Assembly (NCBI GenBank): GCA_051294375.1
Contig: CM119269.1
Coordinates: forward strand, 3,844,932 to 3,908,931
DNA from: Paraspadella gotoi
Lineage: Eukaryota; Animalia; Chaetognatha
Length of the DNA: 64,000 nucleotides
Direction of reading: 5' to 3'
Shown here: positions 55,081 to 64,000 of the stretch, piece after piece
How the letters are laid out: each line of letters opens with the position of its first letter
Numbering within the stretch: the first letter of the stretch is position 1
The notes under the pieces: generated by a model
What the model saw: the letters and a program-made list of their open reading frames with translations, nothing else
Told to the model about the DNA's origin: nothing
Databases searched by the model: none
Translations under genes and position numbers: made by a program

Positions 55081-56440
55081 GCCTTATCCACAGATCATCA
55101 ATTTATTTTAAAATGTCTCTAGATATTTTACGCTAGAAAATCTAAGATGAAAATATAATAGTTTAATTCCGTAATCTGCAGAGAAGAATTGTTCAGGTCA
55201 AATAAGAAGAGCAAATGCGTAGACTTGAATTAATCCAGTGGCTAAAACAAATTTCTTCCAAAACTAAGGTGAGAAAACCCAAAAACAGTTACCTACCTTT
55301 CGTTTGCTCAATTTACGTGTTCTTGCTCCGCACTTTCCCCTCTCTCGTCTCCTTTCCATCCCTTCCTTACTTCTTTCCTTTCCTCCCTTTCCTCCCTTCC
55401 TCCCTTTCCTCCCTTCCTCCCATTTTCTTCTTTCACCTTCCACTTTGACGCTAAGTAAAGTCGACCATCACAAAGTTACTAAGTTAGGCCTCGCATGGAA
55501 GGACAAGACGCGGAGGGAGCTAATTCCGCGCTGGAGGGACACNNNNNNNNNNNNNNNNNNNNNNNNNNNNNNNNNNNNNNNNNNNNNNNNNNNNNNNNNN
55601 NNNNNNNNNNNNNNNNNNNNNNNNNNNNNNNNNNNNNNNNNNNNNNNNNNNNNNNNNNNNNNNNNNNNNNNNNNNNNNNNNNNNNNNNNNNNNNNNNNNN
55701 NNNNNNNNNNNNNNNNNNNNNNNNNNNNNNNNNNNNNNNNNNNNNNNNNNNNNNNNNNNNNNNNNNNNNNNNNNNNNNNNNNNNNNNNNNNNNNNNNNNN
55801 NNNGAAAGAAGAGAGAAGAAGAGAGAGAGGAGAGAGAGAGGCAGAAGAGAATGAGAACGCCTCGCCAAAACAAAGAGAGGAACAGCTGAAAGAGAGAGCC
55901 TTTCGCGTCCAAAGGTACTCGGAGCTTAATGCAATTGCCACTCTTCAACCAACTGCCGAATAGGATGGGTAAAGGCAAATGACAGGTAAAGAGAGGATGC
56001 AAAGCCGCAAATTACTGATTAGCGAGGATGGGAGAGGAGATTTGAGAGAAGAGAGGATGAGAGAGAGAGAGCCAGAGAGAGGAACGAGAGAAGACGAGAG
56101 ATCGAGAGATAGAGATAGAGAGAGAAGGAGAGAGAGAGAGAGACAGAGGTTCAGCTACATTTCATGCTCAATAAAGACCAAAGCTCCTATTGTTGCGGAA
56201 ATTTTTTGATACTTAATAACTTAGACGTAGCGAGAAGGCGGACTCAGTCGCATGTGTTAAAAAGTTAACGTTTATGGCCGACTAGACTTAACGATTGTTT
56301 TTTTTTTTTTTACTTTTTCTTAAAAATATTTTTTTTTCTCTAAATTATTTTTTTTAAGTATTTTTTGAAAGAAAATGCAAAGTTTCCCAACTCTTCGACT
56401 TCATCTCCGAGACTCGGAAGGAAGGGCGGGACCGGGAGCC

Positions 56441-57406
56441 ATGGTCACTTCCAGCTCTCTCACCGTGCCCACCAAGGCCGCCACCCCCGCCCCTTCCGCT
56501 CCCACCGCCCTCGCAGTTCCTGCCGCCCTAACAACCCCTGCTGCTCTTGCCGCCCCGGCCGCTGCCGCAGCCACTGCACACGCCGAACTCGTCGCTCAAC
56601 AAGAATGGAGTAAGCAGTAAAAGGGAAGCCATAGAAGAAAGAAAGGGTTATGTTGACGAAACGTAGATAGACCGACATCAGACAGACAGACAGAGAGATA
56701 GACACCGAGGTAAAAATTATACAAAATGACCAAAAAGGTACAAAAAGATAAGTATTTTTCATATATTTTGTCATTTAAAAAAAAACTTCCTCCCGCTGCC
56801 GCAGACTGGCCGACGGTGAAGATCCCCGTCAACTACGGACGCCTCTCGGCCAACTACGACCACATCGTCGCCAACTACGGTCGCATCGACCAAAACTTCG
56901 GAACGGTCGACAACAACTACGGGACCATTTCCGAGAATTTGGGTCGAATCGAGTCCAACTTCGGTCGCGTCGACGGAGACTTCGCCGAGATCACGCAGAA
57001 CTTCGGCCGCGTCGGCTTATTTCCCAGCGAATCCCGCGCGAATGTCGGCGAGAGAGTCGGCGAGAAGGTCGGCGAGAGAGTCGGCAGCGAGGGCAAGAGA
57101 GTCGCCAATGTCGGCAAGAAAATGGGAGAGATCGACGTCAGCAGGAGAATGGGCAAGGTCGGGTTGAGCGTCGGCGACGTCCGCGGAAGATTCCGCGATT
57201 TTGGCAACGGAGGCGGCAAGGTGGGGTTCAGCCTCAGCGATGGCGACAACAGAGTCGGCAAGATCGGGTTCAGGTTCTGCGACGTCGACATCAGCGTCGG
57301 CGACAGAATCAGCGACGTGGGACATCGCGGCCTCAGCGACTTCCTGGACATTGACAGCAATCGAAGCGACGGAGGAAACGATGGTTGGTCGCAAGCGAGT
57401 GAGTAG
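56441..57406 (+). CDS. orphan repeat protein: exons 56441-56609 and 56805-57406 (256 aa), or with an extra intron 57399-57456 and last exon 57457-57497 (267 aa)
   Basis: Kozak GCCATGG at 56438-56444. Phase-1 intron A|GTAAGC...GCAG|AC joins the two ORFs in frame. C/G-ending codon bias like the other genes here. Amino-acid heptad periodicity with diverged nucleotides. Confidence 0.7.
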
Positions 57407-58079
57407 TGAGTAGCGAGTAGTGAGTAGTGAGTAGTGAGTAGTTTCTTTCTCTCTAGAACGGGATGGTTCTTCTCGGGCTTGTGTGTCCAGCTGTTGATAC
57501 GAGGCTGGTTCAAAACTTTTCTTTTATTACCGTCATTGAGACTTGACCGCTGGACGAGGAGAGCAATTGTTGGACTTTAGTCGTCTGTCTGGGTTAGCCT
57601 GGGTAGCACGGCGACTGCGTGTTGGTTGTCTCCGGCCCAGCCGGAGCCTACGTATAAACCGCTTTGGCTCATAGCGGCGTTGTTAATCCACCTTATGTCA
57701 CTTTACATAGAGAATAAGTACTTAAAGCTCTTACTCTTCTTTCTTTCGCCGTCCAGGCGAAGCGCGGTTCAACTCAAAGCCCTCGATTCCAGAATGGGAC
57801 GTCCAATCTTTGAGGACAAAAACTCTGGAGTCATCTTGCGAATGGTCGAAAGCTTTGAAGCAAGAAACACCGTCAATCGTGTCATATAGATTCGCTAACG
57901 AAAAGAAATAAATTTTCTTCATTTTACCTCGAGCTTGATACGTAATGGAGCTGTGTATTTCGCGAGTCTACTTCCCTAATTAAGTATAATGATCACGTGT
58001 TTCAAAATCTGTTGCAAGCTAATGTACTGACGCTTGGAATCGTAATTGTATCTGGCAAGATGGATGTTTTCCACTCTTC

Positions 58080-58111
<32 letters not shown>

Positions 58112-58379
58112 ACTCTCTCTCTCTCTCATCTCTCTCCTCTCCTCCCTCCTCCCTCCCTCCCTCCTCCTTTTCCCTCAATCTTTTCCTATCTCCGATTCAC
58201 TTTATAGTTCTCTCCTCTTACCTCCTCCTCCTCTTCTTCACTTCTTCCTACCTCATCTAATTTGTTTTACCTCTCGACTCCAGTCCAATCCCAGTAAAGG
58301 CGGAAAATCTCCTTTAATCCTCATATAATTGTGTGCCGAGACATCGTCCGCTTTTTTTTTTTTTTTTTTGCCGTTCTAT

Positions 58380-58615
58380 ATCGCGCCGGAAAAATTCGAC
58401 GAATCGGTGAATAACCGGACCTTCGAAATTGCGACCAATCGAGTTCGGAGCCCTAGAACGTTTGGACGGCATGGAACCCCCCCGAACCATCGGAAATCTA
58501 AATCATGGCCGTTATTGATGGTCCGATCGGCTAGTTGGTGCGGCCATTGGCCAGATTTTTATTTCACGCCATCAATTGGGAAACGCGTCGACGAGTCGCG
58601 CCGCGCGGTCGGAAC
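58380..58615. promoter_or_regulatory. CpG-rich putative promoter with several CCAAT/ATTGG boxes
   Basis: GACCAATCG (~58433), GCCATTGGCC (~58543), CAATTGGG (~58573), with high CpG density, upstream of putative exons at 58835 onward. Confidence 0.3.
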
Positions 58616-58834
58616 TGAGAAGAAGTAGAGAAAACAATTATCGTTGATTGGAGCAGAAGAAGAGAGAGAGAGAGAGAAAGAGAAGAGACAGAGAAGAGGA
58701 AAGAGAAGAGAGAAGAAGAGAGAGAGAGAGAGTGACTGGTCTCTCTCGTTTACGTGTATTTTGGTCAGAGGTTTCCATCGAACGGTCCATTCTTCTCCTC
58801 TCCTTCTCTATCTCCCCTCTCTCCTCTCTCTTAG

Positions 58835-61154
58835 ACTGAGAGATGAACACGAGTGAAATGAATAGGGAGGACGTACTTGTGAAATATGAGATCCCAAAAG
58901 ATTGGGAAGCAAAGAAAATATCAGGTGTGATATGCAGATTGGAGATGAACAGCAGATGATGCCGTAACTGATGACCGGGGAGAAACCGTGTATACAATAA
59001 GGAGTACACTCTGATTAGTGATATAGTACAAAACTGCGAACATAATACTCTCTTTCCCACCGTATGTACTCAAAACTATATATCTTCTCTTAAGCTGATA
59101 ACTTGAGGTGTGCTCATTCTCTGTCTTAGTTTTCGTTCACCAATCCTTTGTTTTCCCCCACTACTATAGCCTCCCCGCCCGCGCCCCGAAATGGACACAC
59201 CGAACGATTTTTTGTACGCTAGCACTCTTTTTGGCGCCAACCGGTGATGAAATTGCAATTCAGATCCGGTTACAAAATTAGAGAGAGAGAGCATGAGAGA
59301 AAGAGAGAGAGAGAGAGAGACGGAAGCGAGAGAGACGTAGAGACGAGATGGATGAAAAGGAAGAGAGAATAAGAGAGTAGGAGGATGGAGACGAAGATGA
59401 ATGAGTATGAGAAGTAGAGAGAGAGAGAGAGTTTAGTCATAGTTTGACCTTTCCAAATCAATCGGAAAGGCAGAAAAAAGACCGTAGATGAATTTCAGAG
59501 AGAAGCGTGTTACACCTCATGATGACGTAAAAAGGTGGTTTTCGCGACCCGCCTCCGATTCCTCATCGGCTTGTTGATTCTTGAATCATTCGCGCCCACT
59601 ATTTTACAATTAGGATCTTTATTCTATTTGACAAAAGCAGACTTGACGATAGACAAGGATAATTTCAGAGTCCTATACTCTTGACCGAGACAAGAGCAGG
59701 TCATTTGACTTGAAGTGACCTTGAAAAGCATCTTTCACAACGTCAGAAAGCAAGACAACTGTGATCTCTATTCTTGTNNNNNNNNNNNNNNNNNNNNNNN
59801 NNTTGCCGAGCAAAAGAAATACATGCTGATTGCAGATGGTGAGATGACACAATGATGCCGACTCAGATGACCAGGGAGAAACCCGGTATACAATAAGGGC
59901 TGACACCTGATTAAGTGATATGTACAAACTGCGAACATGATATACTTCTTGCCCCACCGTTAGTTATCATCAAATATATATATTTTTAAGGCGATAAAAA
60001 CTTATCCTTCTTCTGAGGGGGAATTAAACAGAACCGAAAAATTTAAGGATTTCCCATAAAAGGAAAAAAAAGAGATCATTATGCAAAATGCAATGCTAAT
60101 GCAAAGCCTAATTAATGCAATGTCCGCGTACTTTAAATCTAAACAGCATTCGACCCTCCCTCCCTTCTGGTTCGCGTCGGTATTTTCTTCTTCTTTCTTT
60201 CTTTTTTTTCTTCTTATCTGTTCTTTCATTTCTTTCTTTATCTGTTTCTTTCTTTTTCTTTTCTTTCTTTCTTTCTTTCTTCTCTTCTTTCTCTTATCTT
60301 CTTTCCTTCTTTCTTATCTCTCTCTCTTCTCTCTCTCTCTCCTCTCTCTCTCACTCTCTCTCTCTCTTCTCTCTCCTCTCATCTCTCTCTCTCTCTCTTT
60401 GTGTTCTCTCTCTCTGTTCTAGTTTCGTCAACCAACTTTTGTTGCGCCCCCGTGGCAACACACCATACGATATCGCTCCCGCCCCCGCGCCGAAATGGAC
60501 ACACCGACGATTTTTACGCTAATTTTTTGGCGCCACGTGGAAATTGCAATCAGCCGTAAAAATTGAAGAGAGAAGAGAGAGAGAGAGAGAGAAGAGAGAG
60601 AGAACGAGAGAGAGGAGAGAGATGGTAGAGAGATGAGAAGAGATGAGACGAGATGAGAGTAGAGAGAGAGAGAGAGAGAGAGTTTAGTCATGTTTGACCT
60701 TTCCAAACTCAATCGAAAGGCAGAAAAAAACGACGTACGATGAATTATAGAGAGAAGGCGTGGTTACACCTCATGATGACGTAAAAGGGTTTTTCACTGA
60801 CCCGCTCTCGATCTCTCATCGGCTTTTGATTCTTGAATCATTCGCGCCCACTATTTTTACAATTGAGGATTTTATTCGTAATTGACAACAAAAAGACTTG
60901 AGACAGAAACAAGGATAATTTCAGAGTCTATACTCTTGACCGACAAGAGTCAGTCACTTGACCTTGAATGACCTTGAAAAGCATCTTCATCAACGTCGGA
61001 AGCAAGACAACTGTGGACGAATATCACGTAAGTTCGGCGACTACAGTCACATTTACGTCCCGCATCTGGAGATGGATTTCAGGTCACCTCATTGGTCGTC
61101 GTTCGTCCGAATTTAAATGCAGCTGTTTTGGTTGTGACAAGATTGGATCCTTGA
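58835..61154 (+). CDS. probable multi-exon gene of unknown product, obscured by noisy duplicated sequence
   Basis: Acceptor TTAG|58835 after a pyrimidine tract; donor 59061|GTATGT; donor 61027|GTAAGT and acceptor CAG|61083 give in-frame ...NVGSKTTVDEYH/VTSLVVVRPNLNAAVLVVTRLDP*. Frames are broken by read errors. Confidence 0.3.
58905..61015. other. noisy tandem duplication across a 25-N gap (~58905-59764 vs ~59803-61015), probable assembly artefact
   Basis: Both copies are collinear and differ by dense indels. Gap at 59778-59802. Confidence 0.8.
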
Positions 61155-64000
61155 AAAAATGAAAGTTATTGAGTTTCATCTCTTTAGTGAAGTCAAGTAC
61201 CTAATTTTCGTCCACCGTCATATGTTTTGATTTTAACGAACAAAAATATAATGAAATTGGCTATTAACATATAAGAAATTGACCCCTTCATTTAATAAAT
61301 ATTATATATTGAGGTCGTGGGTCGATCGGTCGTCGTACGTTCGCGTCGTCGTTGTGTAATTATAACAAGCAATCGGTTCACTACGGAAATCTCGGTTTAC
61401 TGTATTCATCGCGATTTCCGAAGAAAGGAATTCAGAGGAGGAGGAGGCAGGAAGATCGAAAAGATGCGAAGAAGTGGGGAGAGAGGAAGAGAGAGGAGAG
61501 AGAGAGAGAAGAGAGAAGAGAGAGATGAGAGAGAGAGAAGAAGAGACGAGAGAGAGAGAGAGAGAGAGAGACGGAGGGGAGGAGAAACTCGGAGACGAAA
61601 GGAGGCCAGAAGGGAGCAAACAACAAACAAAAAGTTTCAACCAAAAAGTTGCAAACATTGATCTAAACGGGAATAGAGTACTGGACAATACAGAAAAAAA
61701 GGAGCCGATCTTATACGGGATCTGGGAAAGCGAGGGGAGGAGCCGGTGAGGAGGAAGAGGGAGCGGGGGGGGGGGAGAGCGAGGATTTAAAAGATTTGAA
61801 CGAAGACCGCCAGAAGGGAGAGGAGGAGTCATTGTCCAATATTTAGTAAGGCCGGGGGGAGGGAGGAGGGTTTAAGAAGGAGGAGCGAGGGTCCGAATTT
61901 GATCCTGGATTCGGTGAGACGAGACGTCCTCGGGTGAAAGAAGATCACGGCGAGAGTCACGTGATGGCATTCGTTTGTTCTTTAATTACATCCGGGGAGA
62001 AATTAATGTTAAATTCAAAGGTAAGATAATGGAGCGTTTATGTTTCGAACATTATTTTTTTTCTAGGAGTTTTCAATCACATTTTAGATTTAAACTATTT
62101 TTAATCGCGTTTTAGTTGTCTCACAAATAAAAATCTACTTGAACCGAAGAAGCCTCAGCCTNNNNNNNNNNNNNNNNNNNNNNNNNNNNNNNNNNNNNNN
62201 NNNNNNNNNNNNNNNNNNNNNNNNNNNNNNNNNNNNNNNNNNNNNNNNNNNNNNNNNNNNNNNNNNNNNNNNNNNNNNNNNNNNNNNNNNNNNNNNNNNN
62301 NNNNNNNNNNNNNNNNNNNNNNNNNNNNNNNNNNNNNNNNNNNNNNNNNNNNNNNNNNNNNNNNNNNNNNNNNNNNNNNNTTTTTTTCACATTTCACTGA
62401 CGGCGACATTTCTCCCCTTTTCACCACCCACTTCGCTTCGCCAACCACCTCGTCGCCACTATCTTTGAAACGGCGAATCAGATTCCAAGGCAAACATCTA
62501 TTCGCTTCATTCACAATTTTTTATTCAGGGGGAGAAATTAACTTAGGGGGGCGTAACTAGTATAGGGGAACAGGTTACAAACTAACAATAGTCCGGTATA
62601 AATATTGTTAATGTAAAATTTGTGATACAATCCTTTATCTAACTCTTTGTTCTCTATCAGAATCCATTTTTAAAATTAAAAAAAATTAAGCATTTCTTGC
62701 ATATTGTTAAATAATAAAATGCTTCCATGCATCAGGAAAATGAATTAATTCAAAACCTAACATTATAAATCAATTCGGTTGTAAAAGGACAAAAGACTTT
62801 TATTGCAGACTGTTTTATATTGTGAAAAACGTTAAATTCTGGCCCGCCTTAGTAACTAGCGCAGAATAAATAAAATATCATTTCTTATTTAATTCAGCGA
62901 AGTTAGTCGAAAATTACTTTTAAGGTAGTCACATATGGAAAGAGATTTAATACAAAGTAGTTAAAATCGTAGTTTAGTTCGATTATAAAAACGTAATTAA
63001 ATTTAAATACTTGTCGGACTAAAATGTCAAGCATTGGATTTCGTACCAGAGAACAAAGCTTTGCATTTTAAAACATTTATTCTACACCTCTAAAATTTCA
63101 GTTCAAAAATAATGGAAGAAAAAGCTCGTACATCCCCGTCCCAATAATAGATAAGTAAAGATTGAGAGTTTAAGGTTTAGATTGTTAAACTGAAAGATAA
63201 TTAAAAAAAAGTAGAATAATATCATATAGATTAAATCTAAAAAGTTGAAATAATAAAACAAGTAATTTTGCGACCTGTATTTTTTCATAGAAATAAAGAA
63301 AAATAAAAAAAAATCAATTTTCCAAGGAAATAATGAGACCAATAATAATAATAATTTTCGACCATTTTCGGCGCTTTTTTCTTTTGTTTCGGGTACAAAA
63401 TCTCGGACACACAAGCGCAATTAGCTAATGAGCGCCGCATTCTGCTCTCGGAAATTCTGCCTTCCGGGCATGGCCCCCTTTCCGAAGCGTCACCGCTCGC
63501 TNNNNNNNNNNNNNNNNNNNNNNNNNNNNNNNNNNNNNNNNNNNNNNNNNNNNNNNNNNNNNNNNNNNNNNNNNNNNNNNNNNNNNNNNNNNNNNNNNNN
63601 NNNNNNNNNNNNNNNNNNNNNNNNNNNNNNNNNNNNNNNNNNNNNNNNNNNNNNNNNNNNNNNNNNNNNNNNNNNNNNNNNNNNNNNNNNNNNNNNNNNN
63701 NNNNNNNNNNNNNNNNNNNNNNNNNNNNNNNNNNNNNNNNNNNNNNNNNNNCGGCAAGCGACCGGGAAAAAGCTGACCAGCTGTCGGAACGATAAAGAGA
63801 AATAGAGGGAGGCCATTAGATCCACTCTGTTCCGATTGGGGACACTAGGGTGCATGGGCAAGGGGCATGGAAACATTGAGTAGGAAAGTTAAAGAGTAGA
63901 ACATTGGGAAGGAGGCATGAAAAACATAGTAAGGGGAAGGAAGGGAGCGGAATAAAGCTCGGTTATACAATGGAAAGTTAGTACATAAAATGTACATAAA

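Noticed and set aside
56917-57513. Minus-strand 198-aa Pro/Thr/Leu/Ser ORF
   Set aside because: Antisense shadow of the + strand heptad-repeat exon, which has the splice sites and Kozak context.
54223-63876. ORFs running through N gaps
   Set aside because: Their length comes from X residues in assembly gaps.

Overview
Eukaryotic (most likely metazoan) draft-assembly window. It has AT-rich, (AG/CT)n-microsatellite-dense intergenic DNA and GC-rich exons with short GT-AG introns; most ORFs in the supplied track are low-complexity artefacts. Genes reconstructed by hand: (1) an unusually long LITAF-domain gene (+, 22797-27572, 4 coding exons, PTAP motif) whose last exon has an in-frame TGA overlapped by a second open frame; (2) an intronless DMT/EamA (SLC35G-like) transporter (-, 32025-32984); (3) a complete 19-exon ABCB half-transporter of about 900 aa (+, 36821-43000) with a TAPL/ABCB9-like TMD0 and dileucine-type motifs at both ends; (4) an orphan gene (+, 56441-57406/57497) with an Ala/Pro/Thr-rich head and a regular N-[YF]-G-x-[IV]-x-x heptad array; (5) a probable gene obscured by noisy sequence (58835-61154). 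The second ABCB copy (45462-52858), an inverted copy near 14.4-15.3 kb and a tandem copy near 58.9-61.0 kb are indel-rich and sit beside 25-N gaps, so they are most likely raw long-read gap-filling artefacts. Several tRNA-derived SINE-like heads, a dispersed ~210-bp repeat and several minisatellites are also present. No database searches were possible, so all family calls rest on motif recognition.
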